Shown here one piece after another: positions 9,101-19,021 of a DNA stretch of 64,000 nt (position 1 is its first letter; each line of letters opens with the position of its first letter). This DNA comes from Candidatus Thorarchaeota archaeon (lineage in GTDB: Archaea; Asgardarchaeota; Thorarchaeia; Thorarchaeales; Thorarchaeaceae). The stretch is from positions 194,327 through 258,326 of the forward strand of contig DXJO01000006.1 in the NCBI GenBank assembly GCA_019057475.1, in the 5' to 3' direction. A program made the position numbers and the translations under genes. The notes beneath the pieces were generated by a model. It did not search any database and was not told where the DNA came from. It worked only from the letters and a program-made list of their open reading frames with translations.

Positions 9101-12100
9101 ATTGACCCAATATGAGTCTGTAGCTGCATGTACCTCCAGTATGCCTCCTTGGGATGCATAGTCCTCGAACCAGTCCAAATTGCTGTAAACAGCCTCCATG
9201 AAGGCTGAAGGCTGTTCGGATGCGATTACGACCTTCTCATATGGAGAAAGATCTACAGAACCAATGTCCGAACTCAAGAAGATGTCATAGCTTATGCCCC
9301 AAGCCGTAAGAATATCTCTGATAGCGGGAGAACCCCACGGATCCCAAACCTGGAAGACCGCAACAGGTCCGGTTATCGCTATTTCAAAGACCACAACCAT
9401 CGAGGTCACACCATTGTTGGTGATGCTCGCCTCGTCGGGCACGGGGGCTGCGTAAGCAGTCACGTTATAGACATCCTCAACAGCGGGGGTCCATGAGTAG
9501 GAGAGTGTTTCACTCGTACCATTGTTGAGAGTCGGAATGAGAAGTGAGTCTACCTCAATACCGTCGATAAAGAGCTGGAGCAGAACATCTGTTTCGCTAT
9601 TTAGCCCGTAGTTCGAGACCGTGGCATTGAGTAGCGTCGAATCGCCTGGATTGAGGTGACCTGGCGCGTCCAGCGCGACACTAAGATCATGCTCAGGAAT
9701 CTCGTAATCTGACCACTGGAGCGCATTGTAAATGAACTGGATATCCGCTGTGCTCGACCAGTACTCCGGTATATGTGAGCAATAGGCAAGTCCCCGATGA
9801 GTGAGTACAGCTCCATAATTCTGACTAGATACATCCAATGCTTGGTATGACGCGCCATTAAGCACGGAGGAGTCCCAACCAGAGCTCTGTGGATGGAACG
9901 ACATTCCACCGTAGCCCACTCCATAAGGAGTGGACATTCCCTGGAAAATGGGATGAGCAAGGTTCAGGATGTCGAAGTCAGTTATGCTATCCGCGGTGTA
10001 TGTGATGGAATCAGCTAGTCCATAGAAGGAAGCTAGATCCTCTGCATTCATAGGCATTGAAGAACTTGTCGACAACAGTCCATGTCCCTGCCGGACGTAA
10101 TTCATGATTGCGTCATTTTGCTCGGTAGTGTATGGGTCATAGACATGGGACAAAATCAGAACGTCCGCATTGAAATCTTCAAGGGCCTGAAGTGTGAAAT
10201 CGGGCGCGCTAAATGTCGTGTAGTCGATGAATATCGGAACACTCCCATAAGATTGCCAACGGAAATTGATCTCATCCCAACAGCAGTAATCAGGGTAAAT
10301 TGTGCCGAAGCCGTATAGAACCGCAGCTGTGATGCGAACAGGAATGTAACCGGTGAAGTTGATATGCCCAGTCAGATTGGCCTCAATTGAGATTAGTCCA
10401 CCTACAGTAGGAGTCAAAACGAAATCAATCAAGCCTGATGAGTTTGTGTAACCCGAATCGGCAACACCACAGCCAATGAGATTGATGAAACAATCTTCAA
10501 GTGGGCTACCCTCATAGTAGTCACTGGCAAAAACAGTTAGCGCTTGCGTTTCTTCTTTCATCAAGTAGATCGGGTCCGTGTCAAGATCAACTATTGGTGT
10601 ATCATAGACGATGATGCCCGTTGTGCAGTTCAGGAAACCTGACTTCATGATGTTGACTTCAATGATTCCCTCCGTACTGGGATTAATGAAAATCGTGCAG
10701 GTTCCGTCGACAGAGGTATGATTCGACGCAGAAATGCCGCACCCATCAAAGGTGACATGGGCATTGGGAATTGGTGTGCCGTTCGCACATTCAACCACAT
10801 CAATGGTGATTGTTTCCGAGGTTCCTGTTCTCAGGGCGTCATCGGAGAGTGTGGCCATCAAGCTTGGATATAGAAGGAAAGCGGCTGAGTTCTTGATGAG
10901 TTGACTTCGGTATTCTTGGCTGCCAATGGCATCAATTGAAAACCCGATGAATACAACCCCACCAAACGTGATTGAGGTTAAGGGTGACAGAGCTGAAATC
11001 GCACTATCGCCAGTGAAGCTGCCGCTGTAGCCACCGACATGCATTGATCCATTGGTTGGACTGAATACATCCGCGTACGGTGAACCCAGTCCTCCAGCCA
11101 ACGGAATGGTTGCTGGTAAACCTGAGGTAATGGGATGCGCTCCAGTCTCAAGGTTCAGACTGCCAGAATTGGTGATATGTTGATCAAATTCGACATGGAA
11201 TAGACTCGGGAAGATGGCTCCGTGCTCAGCATCCAGAGTGTTCAGAATGCTGCACCCTTCGAACAGAAGGTTGCCGCCGTTATTGTGGTAGTCAAAGAGT
11301 ACATCCAGCAGGTAGCTATTCGGAGCAACCAATGGATATCCGTAGTTATCACCAACCGAGACAACAACTATGTTATACAAATCCAGTAGAGAAAGGCTAG
11401 GAGTTGAGTTCCATCGAGGATAATAGATGGACACGTTGTACTCCTCGTGGAGCGCAACATAGAAGTCGGCGTAGTTCGTTGAGTCGCCAGCATTGTCGTC
11501 CACCCAACCACCGGGATATGATGGGCCCCACTCACCGGCGTCATCTGCGATTACTAATACATCACCTCGCTTGACTTGAAAGAAGACTTTATCGCCTCCA
11601 TGATGAGTGCCATTGTCAGCCTCGATGTATAAACTGAGCATCCCGAAACCAGTGACGTTGATGTCAGACGAGAATGCCCCGGAGGTGATGGTGAATACCT
11701 TCGTCTGAAGTACGCTGCCCTGTGCATCGAGAAGATAGGCAGTGCCGGAACCGTCTTGATCTGATGTACCGCTGAAGTCAAGAAGAGCATTATAGATAGG
11801 TGCGGAGTCTAGACCCACAGCGACATTGAGGCTTCCAACATAGAAGTCGGTCAACGTTGTACGCACGAATGGATTGTGTACTGTGGTTTCTACCGTGTAA
11901 CGCCCGGGATACTCGTTGACATAGAAAGTGGCAGTGTATTCACCAAGGACATTGGTTGCGAGGGCATCGTCATAGACAATTGTGCCAAAGGGGTCTTTGA
12001 CGGTGACATTTACAGTTCCTACTATGGGGGTGTTGTTGTAGAACAAGCTACAGGTGCCATCGAGCTGAACTTCCTCATCAGTTTCAACTGCTGAAGCTTC

Positions 12101-14125
12101 AGTTGTGACGTTATGCTTCCAATAGAATTTGAATGTAGGATCACCAAAGTAGATAGACTGATAGACTGTTTCCAAGCTAACTACATTTGTCATGTCGAAT
12201 GTCGTAACAACCTCGTACAATGCCGTCTGGAAGGCTTCTTTGGGACTGGCGGTCTGCTGGTCCAGCGCATCTTGAAGAAAATTATTCCAGAAACGATGGT
12301 GGAATCCATCGAAGGCATGATAACCGGCCCACGCAATTCGTGTGGCACCGATGTAAGCAATCGCTCCACCATTCGTAGCTCGGAAGAAGGCCTCGCCTAT
12401 CGTCGGTTCTATGCCTTCGACGTCGAACGCTGCGGTTTCGCAAGCCATTGCAAAGGCAAGGAAACTCATGTTGCCATTATCCAAATCAAGGGCTTCAGAG
12501 GCGTATAGGGAATCCACCCACTGGTCATAGGCTCCGTGATCGAAGAAGTCTACTAGGCTAACTCCCGCATTGATCCGGTCAATCGTTGCCTGATGAGACA
12601 GCGAGCCGTCTGTTGGGTAGAGCCGGTCAACCTCAAAGAACGAGTCGTAGAGAAACCTCTGATTTATCTCTTCTTCAACCATGTTGGCTCCATCGCCGCT
12701 ACCGAAGCAGTCGGGAGCAATTAGGAGGAAGTCATCCATCCAGTCGCCAAGAACAGGATTGCTTTCGAATCGAATAATAGAAGCACATACTTGCTTTGCT
12801 TGTTCAGGAGTCTGAACAGGAAGTCTGCCGACCATTACTTCTGGGAACAGGTCTACGTTATCTTCAAGCTCGCCATAGAGCCCGTTGTCATTAGCATCCC
12901 AGTCCCCATCTAGGCACTCGAAGTAGAAGTCGCTTGGTTCAGTACCGTTATCGAGCCCTGCACCGGCGTTCTCCGGATCCCATACCTCGCGAGTCGGTAC
13001 GATATCGCAATCGCCAACAAGCAAGTAATACTCGGTCCCCCTATCGTGGTACGTCGCGTTGATGAAATCGCGTACCTGCTCTGCATGGTCGTCCCCAGAA
13101 TACCATGCGTAAATGTCCTGCACTGTTTCTATGGTGACATTGAAGCCAATATCTGTCTTCCAATCCACGAAATCCTCCAATGCAGTTACAAACGTTTCAT
13201 CAGCAATGAGGATATAACCTTCGCCGTTGTCGAATGACGGTCCGAAGGATGTTGAAGGATTGATGAAATCTTCGGGTGAGATGGGCACATCGAATTGAAT
13301 CTCAACAGTCAATTGGATAGCAAGCAGGCCCTCCTTTGTGGTTGGATTGTATCGGAGCGGACGCAGTGTCATGTAAAGCCCCTGTTCGTCACCCATATTC
13401 ACGATATCGGTTTCAATGACATTATCTGGTGCAAACGTAGCCAAAGCGTAAGCATCTGGATCAAGGAAAAGCCCTTTCAGAGATCCCAGTTGATTTGAAA
13501 CTTGCAGTGGTTCAGGCCCCGGAATGATTCTAAGTCCATTAATGGACTCGAACATTTGGTCACGAACCTCAATGGATTTCACATTGGCATAGTCAGGGAT
13601 GGAGAGCATTATGTTTCTGTATGGCAGTGTTGGGCGTCCGTGATCCTGGCTGAGCTGAGTGTTTGGAACTACTAAGCTTTGAAAGACACCTTCTTCAAAA
13701 GAGTACGTGATTGTGCTGTAGCTACCAATTGAAACATCAACGTAGAGAGTGTCACCTGCAACCTCATAGCGAATGTCCATGCCAGAGCCTGCGTCTTCGT
13801 ACAGGCGTGTTTCCCAACGTTGAATGCCCTCTGCGGATTGCCTGTAAGGCGCTAGCATGTCGCGGGAGTCAAACCAGTTGTTTTTTTCGTCTAGACGATA
13901 CCAGTCATCGTCGGTGCTTGACGGTTCCTTTGAGCTCAATGGCTGAGCGCGGTCTTTGGTTGATGACGATACAAATGAGTCATCAAGTGTATTGAGTTGT
14001 TTAGTTATGCCCTCCGTTGAGTTTCCAGATGGAAAATAGCTGGAAAATGGCACGGTTAGCGGCGGTACAAAAAGCAAAGAGATCACTGCCAGACACAGCA
14101 GTTTGGAAAGCAAATCGGTCCTCAT
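6167..14125 (-). CDS. Giant membrane-anchored C25 (gingipain-type) cysteine peptidase with Ig/CARDB, GATase1-like and nidogen-like modules
   Basis: Signal peptide; propeptide (GRPTLP); YYLLVGD, SDFYF, VGRLPV, catalytic DHG and ACET; three HDL-initiated CARDB-like repeats; C-terminal TM helix plus RRRR. Confidence 0.9.
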   Translation of the reverse strand: MRTDLLSKLLCLAVISLLFVPPLTVPFSSYFPSGNSTEGITKQLNTLDDSFVSSSTKDRAQPLSSKEPSSTDDDWYRLDEKNNWFDSRDMLAPYRQSAEGIQRWETRLYEDAGSGMDIRYEVAGDTLYVDVSIGSYSTITYSFEEGVFQSLVVPNTQLSQDHGRPTLPYRNIMLSIPDYANVKSIEVRDQMFESINGLRIIPGPEPLQVSNQLGSLKGLFLDPDAYALATFAPDNVIETDIVNMGDEQGLYMTLRPLRYNPTTKEGLLAIQLTVEIQFDVPISPEDFINPSTSFGPSFDNGEGYILIADETFVTALEDFVDWKTDIGFNVTIETVQDIYAWYSGDDHAEQVRDFINATYHDRGTEYYLLVGDCDIVPTREVWDPENAGAGLDNGTEPSDFYFECLDGDWDANDNGLYGELEDNVDLFPEVMVGRLPVQTPEQAKQVCASIIRFESNPVLGDWMDDFLLIAPDCFGSGDGANMVEEEINQRFLYDSFFEVDRLYPTDGSLSHQATIDRINAGVSLVDFFDHGAYDQWVDSLYASEALDLDNGNMSFLAFAMACETAAFDVEGIEPTIGEAFFRATNGGAIAYIGATRIAWAGYHAFDGFHHRFWNNFLQDALDQQTASPKEAFQTALYEVVTTFDMTNVVSLETVYQSIYFGDPTFKFYWKHNVTTEASAVETDEEVQLDGTCSLFYNNTPIVGTVNVTVKDPFGTIVYDDALATNVLGEYTATFYVNEYPGRYTVETTVHNPFVRTTLTDFYVGSLNVAVGLDSAPIYNALLDFSGTSDQDGSGTAYLLDAQGSVLQTKVFTITSGAFSSDINVTGFGMLSLYIEADNGTHHGGDKVFFQVKRGDVLVIADDAGEWGPSYPGGWVDDNAGDSTNYADFYVALHEEYNVSIYYPRWNSTPSLSLLDLYNIVVVSVGDNYGYPLVAPNSYLLDVLFDYHNNGGNLLFEGCSILNTLDAEHGAIFPSLFHVEFDQHITNSGSLNLETGAHPITSGLPATIPLAGGLGSPYADVFSPTNGSMHVGGYSGSFTGDSAISALSPLTSITFGGVVFIGFSIDAIGSQEYRSQLIKNSAAFLLYPSLMATLSDDALRTGTSETITIDVVECANGTPIPNAHVTFDGCGISASNHTSVDGTCTIFINPSTEGIIEVNIMKSGFLNCTTGIIVYDTPIVDLDTDPIYLMKEETQALTVFASDYYEGSPLEDCFINLIGCGVADSGYTNSSGLIDFVLTPTVGGLISIEANLTGHINFTGYIPVRITAAVLYGFGTIYPDYCCWDEINFRWQSYGSVPIFIDYTTFSAPDFTLQALEDFNADVLILSHVYDPYTTEQNDAIMNYVRQGHGLLSTSSSMPMNAEDLASFYGLADSITYTADSITDFDILNLAHPIFQGMSTPYGVGYGGMSFHPQSSGWDSSVLNGASYQALDVSSQNYGAVLTHRGLAYCSHIPEYWSSTADIQFIYNALQWSDYEIPEHDLSVALDAPGHLNPGDSTLLNATVSNYGLNSETDVLLQLFIDGIEVDSLLIPTLNNGTSETLSYSWTPAVEDVYNVTAYAAPVPDEASITNNGVTSMVVVFEIAITGPVAVFQVWDPWGSPAIRDILTAWGISYDIFLSSDIGSVDLSPYEKVVIASEQPSAFMEAVYSNLDWFEDYASQGGILEVHAATDSYWVNGMIPGGPTYVAFYGDVVSIVNPVHPILLNPNLITDAELDNWWWSVYGYLDSIPAGADIILVAEPDYPALIEFRFGAGAIVISTQTLEYGFENGSSRILENILLHIPIIYDHDLAAGLQAPERLSPGDSVLLNATAFNTGLNIETNVLLQLFIDDIEVDSLFISELANGTSQTLSYLWTPTLEGTYNVTAYVAPKPDDENTGNNAATRLVSICELHDYTMEEGSATWLDAKANGENLYLNGDDVYTSVALPFNFRFYDGTFDTVYISSNGWLSFSNPDPREYSNPQFPSADPDFAYALAPFWDDLWADNNVYAWVTADWAVIQFDNYDHLGGSLLGTFEVVLYADGLIQFNYLEIVNVFSATVGLNHGDGIHYNNYLDDDLEGVTDFALRFTYHAYEHDLAVSLNVPSELPVDTLFIIDATVTNLGTSDEVGVAFSLYIDDALVSSVTIPQLNSYESYVLSYPWIPTEMRTYNITAYAEPVLGEPFTGNNVATALPSVGGTYFFIVTPTIGATVFGGQVYVEFDASDSENLQEIHVFVNGEFITSLWNATGNSDLIVPVFQNGTNTILLMAFWWDLTTLNATVTVDSIDVVPIALPNPGDYVNWRIETDLYTEDMNFTFGDWLSEFEVNVSMTIHLYNESGTIMLGEFGMIVNVLNGYIPFADMGWDHMHFFCFSGLQSLEVIGSFADMGDAAPFFAWNDLLFVDGSTIYEGYAVWTLSNEEHMMTAYALRPTGMLVYIRSDDPLNPMEGYITETNLLPAYDTTAPVWAEDPTDQNVELGHALSYGLTAIDPSGISTWWLNDTVRFAVSADGLVTSIVSLEEGTYGLHIWVNDTLGNTLSGTFSVSVQDTLPPEIDHPEDINYTLGETGNSITWHPTDALPASYEISIDGTVVRSGPWNSSSEVISISVDGLDSGTYSYTLIVTDEHGLSSSDTELVTVSEPTTPIPPIDMTIVIIIIMGVVVVVIIVAVVLRRRRAY
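8490..9695. repeat. Two internal CARDB-like repeats with DNA-level similarity (about 8490-8772 and 9410-9695)
   Basis: Shared strings aagagctggagcagaacat and agtaggagagtgt; protein HDL..L.AP..L.PGDS.LLNAT occurs twice. Confidence 0.75.
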
Positions 14126-14271
14126 TGGGAATCCCCTTTTTTTGGCGTGCGCAAGGAATAAGCGGCCAAAACTCTGTCTATGTTACAGAATTCAGCATTG
14201 CTCTGGCTTCGTCCGTCCTTACCACAGGAGTTCTAAGAAATAAATGCTATTAATTGTTTGCAGTTTTTACA

Positions 14272-14751
14272 TTATTCAGCTTCGTCATACTCTTCAAAGA
14301 CCGACCAGTTCGGTGCGTATTCGATTGGTTCAAGGTCCCGCTCTTCTAGTTGCAGGCCCTCAGCTTCTGCCACTGCTAGTCGTAGTGTGTAAGACTTAGC
14401 ACCCTCCCAGCGCAGGTAATCATTCAAGTCCGCAGAGAACTCGCCCTGATACCGCCCACACTGTCCGCTACAGAACACCTTACTATTCTCGCGGATCTCA
14501 AGAATCCCACTACAATATTTGCAGAAAGCCTCCATTCCATGGGCATGTAATCGGCCATCAATCAAGCGTACGAGAAAGACAGTGTCGTCGAGATTGCAGA
14601 CGCCCCACTCCTCGCCTTCATGGGTTGTCTTTTGCCACAGTTGTCCTTTTGGACGCTCCCGCTTCACAACCACCGGAGGCTTAGGTTGACTGACTTCTTT
14701 CTTCTCGGACTCGTCGAAGTCGGCCAGCCTTGTCTGCACAGAACGCCTCAT
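14272..14751 (-). CDS. Zinc-ribbon protein with N-terminal PIP-box-like motif
   Basis: QTRLADF near the N-terminus; CKYC...CSGQC. Confidence 0.7.
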   Translation of the reverse strand: MRRSVQTRLADFDESEKKEVSQPKPPVVVKRERPKGQLWQKTTHEGEEWGVCNLDDTVFLVRLIDGRLHAHGMEAFCKYCSGILEIRENSKVFCSGQCGRYQGEFSADLNDYLRWEGAKSYTLRLAVAEAEGLQLEERDLEPIEYAPNWSVFEEYDEAE

Positions 14752-14803
14752 GCAGTGATGTGCCTACAGGGACTGATAAACACGTAGACATGGACCGCCT
14801 GTG

Positions 14804-15772
14804 TTAGCTTGATAGATCGGTTATCCTTTCAAGCATCCATTCTTCTATGTGCTTCTTTTTCTTCCATGTATCCTCGAAGGGGGTCTCCACAAGATCTCGA
14901 CCTGATTCCCCAACCATGATACCTGTCTTGCCCTCGAGTATGCAGTCAATGGCATATGCACCAAGGCGTGTTGCCAGAATCCGATCACAATGGGTGGGAT
15001 TGCCTCCTCTCTGGATGTAGCCAAGAATAGAAACCCTGCAACCCTCTTCCACCTTGTCGGTGAGCTTTGAAGCTATTGCAGTAGCGTCCCCGGCTTCGTC
15101 GCCTTCTGCCACGATGATGATGGAACTCATCTTACCTTTTCTTCGCTCCTCAATGATAATCTGGGCGAGTTCATCAAGATCCGTGGGAGTTTCAGGGATT
15201 ATTATTGCAGAGGCACCGCTCGCGATTCCCACGTGTGCCGCGATTGCTCCCGAATGCCGCCCCATCACCTCGATAAGGAACACCCTCGAAAACGCTTCTG
15301 CAGTGTCTCGAATCTTGTCGATTGCCACTAGAGCATTGTTCACTGCAGTGTCGAAACCTATCGAATGGTCTGTACCAAAGACATCATTATCGATAGTTCC
15401 TGGCACGCCGATGAGCAACCCGTCTTTCCATCGTTTCCCAAGCTCGTAGAGCCCTCTCATGGTTCCGTCCCCCCCGACAGCAATCAGCGCGTTTATGTCC
15501 TTCTTCTTTAATTTCTCAGCCGCTTTCTTGAGACCCGCTTTGGTCTTGAACTCCTCCGATCGGCCAGTAGTGAGTATAGTGCCACCTCTGTGGATGATCT
15601 TTGCCACCGACCTTGCGTCAAGAAAAACGTACGCTTCATCAAGGATTCCTTGGTATCCTCCAACGATACCGTATACTTGGAATCTCTGCTTGCAGCCGAT
15701 TCTAACAATGGCCCTGATACAGGCATTCATCCCGGGGCTGTCTCCGCCGCTGGTCAGAACTCCTATTCTCAT
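14804..15772 (-). CDS. pfkA: ATP-dependent 6-phosphofructokinase, bacterial PfkA type
   Basis: LTSGGDSPGMNA, GGDGT, PGTIDND, EVMGR, LGYIQRGG. Confidence 0.96.
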   Translation of the reverse strand: MRIGVLTSGGDSPGMNACIRAIVRIGCKQRFQVYGIVGGYQGILDEAYVFLDARSVAKIIHRGGTILTTGRSEEFKTKAGLKKAAEKLKKKDINALIAVGGDGTMRGLYELGKRWKDGLLIGVPGTIDNDVFGTDHSIGFDTAVNNALVAIDKIRDTAEAFSRVFLIEVMGRHSGAIAAHVGIASGASAIIIPETPTDLDELAQIIIEERRKGKMSSIIIVAEGDEAGDATAIASKLTDKVEEGCRVSILGYIQRGGNPTHCDRILATRLGAYAIDCILEGKTGIMVGESGRDLVETPFEDTWKKKKHIEEWMLERITDLSS

Positions 15773-15842
15773 AGCTGAAGCGTATGTGGGTTTTCAGATA
15801 TAGCCATTCTGGCGAATGCAAACGGGTCGACTATGGGGCGTT

Positions 15843-16331
15843 TCAACCAGGAGGATTCTCAGCAAAGAACATCAGGTAATCAGTACCGGGGATCTCCTTA
15901 CCAAGCGCCCTTAAGGTCATGACAAGTTGGCCTCGATGGTGTGTGTTGTGAAATAGATATTGCAGATAAAAGTCTAGAACGTCCATCTCAAATGGTTTGT
16001 CAGTCAGGTGTGGGACCATTATCTTGCCCTGTGGAATCTCCGCGATTGTCTTGCTCAATCGAGTATCCAATCGAGCCCATCGGCTTAGAAGCTCATCCAT
16101 TGAGTATCTTTCAACTGCTTCGAACACTGTCCGATCAGATGATTCGTCTGCAATGTAGAAGCACGTTTCCAGCGCAAGAACAATATGCTCGCTTAGACCT
16201 CTTGCCGTTTTTGTTCCGATCTTCTTGTTGAGCTCCTTCTTAGTCAGTTTGCTGACCAATGCTCTGATTCTTTTTCCTGCCCAGAGATTGTACTGTCCAA
16301 GATACTTGAAGGTCGTTTTGGATTCCTCCAT
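15843..16331 (-). CDS. DinB family protein
   Basis: YNLWA, EH and HNTHHRGQL motifs. Confidence 0.9.
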   Translation of the reverse strand: MEESKTTFKYLGQYNLWAGKRIRALVSKLTKKELNKKIGTKTARGLSEHIVLALETCFYIADESSDRTVFEAVERYSMDELLSRWARLDTRLSKTIAEIPQGKIMVPHLTDKPFEMDVLDFYLQYLFHNTHHRGQLVMTLRALGKEIPGTDYLMFFAENPPG

Positions 16332-16427
16332 GTGCTTCGTAAGGTCACAACTAGCTTAGCTGAACTTTCTCTTCTTTGTATCGGTTTGACTAAGGTGTCG
16401 ATTTGACAAGCCACTCTTGGTTGCCCT

Positions 16428-17435
16428 TCAAACCAGGTTCTTGAACTTCAGATAGAACAACAGTGGTACGGTGATGATTAAGCTGAATAGCGTGATGATG
16501 ACAAACGCAAATGGGTCGCTCTCTAGCGGAAGACCGACGTTCATCCCATACAAACTTGCTATCAGTGTCGGCACACTCACAACTAATGAGATTACGGTCA
16601 GAGTCTTCATGACCTTGCTTAAGTTATGACCTACAATGCTGTCGTATGCATTCATAGCATTATTGATGAGATCTCGATAGATGGCGCTCAATCCCATTTG
16701 CTGCTCAAGATCAACCTCAAGTTCCTCAAGCCTATCAGCATCGAGTGGCATCTTGCCAATCATGTGAACTCTCTTCAATCTCCGCAAGACCCTCATGTTA
16801 GCCTTAAGGGCTGCCTCCATGAAGATTGTATCTCTTGAAAGCTGGAAGAAACGGTCAAGCTGCGACGGGTAGAGCTCGGCTAGCAGGCGATCCTCCATGT
16901 TGTTAATTGTAGCCTCAACAATATCAAGCGTATATTCAAAGGACTTGATGATGGTTTCCCACAGTTGGTAAATGACCTCACTTGGTGTGGTGCTGTTTCG
17001 AAGCTTCACCCACACCCGGTCCTTCCTAAGAGGGACAAGCTGATTCTTTACAATGATGATGTCGCGTCCGTTCGTGAAGACACCAATTGGGTAGGTGGAG
17101 TACGGGCGCTCTTCTACATTGAGATTGACGGGCACTCGAAGTATAAGCATGGTATACCTGTCTTCTATCTGAAGCCGAGGTCTCTCGTCCAAGTCCTGGA
17201 CATCCTGCAAGTCCTCAAGGTCGATCTCGAAACGCTGAGATATCTTCGCTAAATCCTTGGGAGTAAAATCAACTAGATCGATGAGCAACGGTACGTCTGG
17301 AGCTGCGTCAAGGTTGTCATGTTTTATCCCACTCTCCAATTCGATTATTGTGAAGGTGCGTTTCTCCTTCTCTATACCGCTCATCGTATCCACCTCGTAT
17401 GCAGTTTCGTATCGCTGACATCTTTCTTTACCCAA
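16428..17435 (-). CDS. corA: CorA family Mg2+/divalent cation transporter
   Basis: ERPR, MKTLTVIS, PTLIASLYGMNV signature and two C-terminal TM helices. Confidence 0.93.
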   Translation of the reverse strand: MGKERCQRYETAYEVDTMSGIEKEKRTFTIIELESGIKHDNLDAAPDVPLLIDLVDFTPKDLAKISQRFEIDLEDLQDVQDLDERPRLQIEDRYTMLILRVPVNLNVEERPYSTYPIGVFTNGRDIIIVKNQLVPLRKDRVWVKLRNSTTPSEVIYQLWETIIKSFEYTLDIVEATINNMEDRLLAELYPSQLDRFFQLSRDTIFMEAALKANMRVLRRLKRVHMIGKMPLDADRLEELEVDLEQQMGLSAIYRDLINNAMNAYDSIVGHNLSKVMKTLTVISLVVSVPTLIASLYGMNVGLPLESDPFAFVIITLFSLIITVPLLFYLKFKNLV

Positions 17436-17555
17436 CTAGATAGGTGGTTCTATTACATGCGAACCTTAGAACACAATTGTGCCTTTTACCCTGGGGCCTG
17501 TAGATATCCGCTGTTGCCCTTTTAGGGTTTTCCGCATACTTCAAGAACGAACAGA

Positions 17556-18872
17556 CTAGATTATCACACTCTCGACTTCGACCTTGCGGTTCTTCAAGCC
17601 TAGCGCTGTTGAGAGTATTGTCTTTCCACCAAACAGCTCTGCCTCTGGCTCTCCGCGATAAAGTGCGTCTGCTATCCGTGCTAAAGCGTCCGCCTTCATG
17701 ATTCCACTGCCACTAGCACCTCCAACGACCAAGACACCCGATTCCTTGTAGACAAAGGGAATCCTGTCCGGGGCATAGCTGTAACCTCCTGCCCAGCTAT
17801 TGACGGGTCTCGCATCGGTGAATGCAGGGAAGTACTTGGATAGAACCGGATAGATTGAATCCTCGTAGTAGGCGCTCTCGGGAACAAGGTCTTCATCGGT
17901 CTGTATGTATTTGTACTCGCGACCGAACTTGTCGCCGCAGCCTATCCAGAATCCTTTCTCTTGATGTTGCGGTCTGAAATAGACTCCTGCAGAGGGAAGA
18001 ATCGTGAACGGGATGGAGTCCATCTCACTGAATCCCTTGGTGTTGAGTACTTCAAGCAACTCCGCCTTGTCTTCTGCATGCAAGACGAAAATTTGACGCT
18101 TCTTCGCCTTCGTCAAGCTGTCAATCCCTATGGGATCTAGAAGCTCATTGGCCCAAGCTCCAGTCGCGAGAACTACCGTTTCAGCCCTGATGTTGCCCTT
18201 GTTGGTTCTAACACCGACCACATGCTTCTTCTGCCATACAAATGGCTCACCAGGCAATTCTAGCGGAGGGTCGGCTTCGACAATGAGGGTCTGAACGTCA
18301 ACCCCATAGCGAGGCTTCACTTTGCTGATCTTAATGAACTCCTCTAGGTAGTGCTCTACAAGGCGTGTTGGATCCAAAACACCGCAGTCTGCTCCAAAGA
18401 GGCCATAGCTTACCTCTTGAAGGTTCATCAGCTCAGCCTCCTCGTCTCCAGCAAAGTCAACATTGAGATTCGGAATTAGCTCCTTTAGCTGCTTCTTGTC
18501 ATAGACTTTACAGCTAATATCGGACTCCTTCATTCGCTTCATCCAAAGCTTTACACTCTCGTGGCTGAATTGCTCCTCACTCAGAAGCCAGAGGTACCCT
18601 GTTTTTTCAAACATCAGGTCGTAGCCTATCTCGTTCTGCACGTGTTCGAAATACTTGATGGAGGTGTCAGTGAGCAGTTGATTAGTAGAAGATGCGAACA
18701 TATTCCGCACCGCTGCGGCACTCATGGCAGTGTTAGCTTGCCCTGCAGCCAAATATCTATCAACAAGAAGTATCTTCTTTGACGGATTGTTCTTTTGCAG
18801 GTAGTAAGCAGTGGCAACTCCAATCACACCAGCTCCCACGACTACTATGTCAACGGACTCTTCATTGCTCAA
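17556..18872 (-). CDS. FAD-dependent oxidoreductase (DadA/sarcosine oxidase beta/proline dehydrogenase-like)
   Basis: VVVGAGVIG dinucleotide-binding motif, LATGAWA, SWAGGY, SGSGIMKA. Confidence 0.9.
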   Translation of the reverse strand: MSNEESVDIVVVGAGVIGVATAYYLQKNNPSKKILLVDRYLAAGQANTAMSAAAVRNMFASSTNQLLTDTSIKYFEHVQNEIGYDLMFEKTGYLWLLSEEQFSHESVKLWMKRMKESDISCKVYDKKQLKELIPNLNVDFAGDEEAELMNLQEVSYGLFGADCGVLDPTRLVEHYLEEFIKISKVKPRYGVDVQTLIVEADPPLELPGEPFVWQKKHVVGVRTNKGNIRAETVVLATGAWANELLDPIGIDSLTKAKKRQIFVLHAEDKAELLEVLNTKGFSEMDSIPFTILPSAGVYFRPQHQEKGFWIGCGDKFGREYKYIQTDEDLVPESAYYEDSIYPVLSKYFPAFTDARPVNSWAGGYSYAPDRIPFVYKESGVLVVGGASGSGIMKADALARIADALYRGEPEAELFGGKTILSTALGLKNRKVEVESVII

Positions 18873-18938
18873 AATGACAAGCCTCCAACGTGTGTTGCGG
18901 CCGAGAACAATGCCCGCCTAAAACAGTTTCCGTGCACC

Positions 18939-18991
18939 AAAAGAAAAAAGGTGCCAGAGGGGCAGCAGAGCAACCTCACTGCCTATCTGGC
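18939..18991 (-). terminator. Hairpin plus T tract downstream of the nuclease gene
   Basis: gccaga..ggcag pairs with ctgcc..tctggc; followed on the minus strand by CTTTTTTCTTTT. Confidence 0.5.
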
Positions 18992-19021
18992 CTGTAGTTT
19001 CCTGCTTTCATCGTAGCCGGG

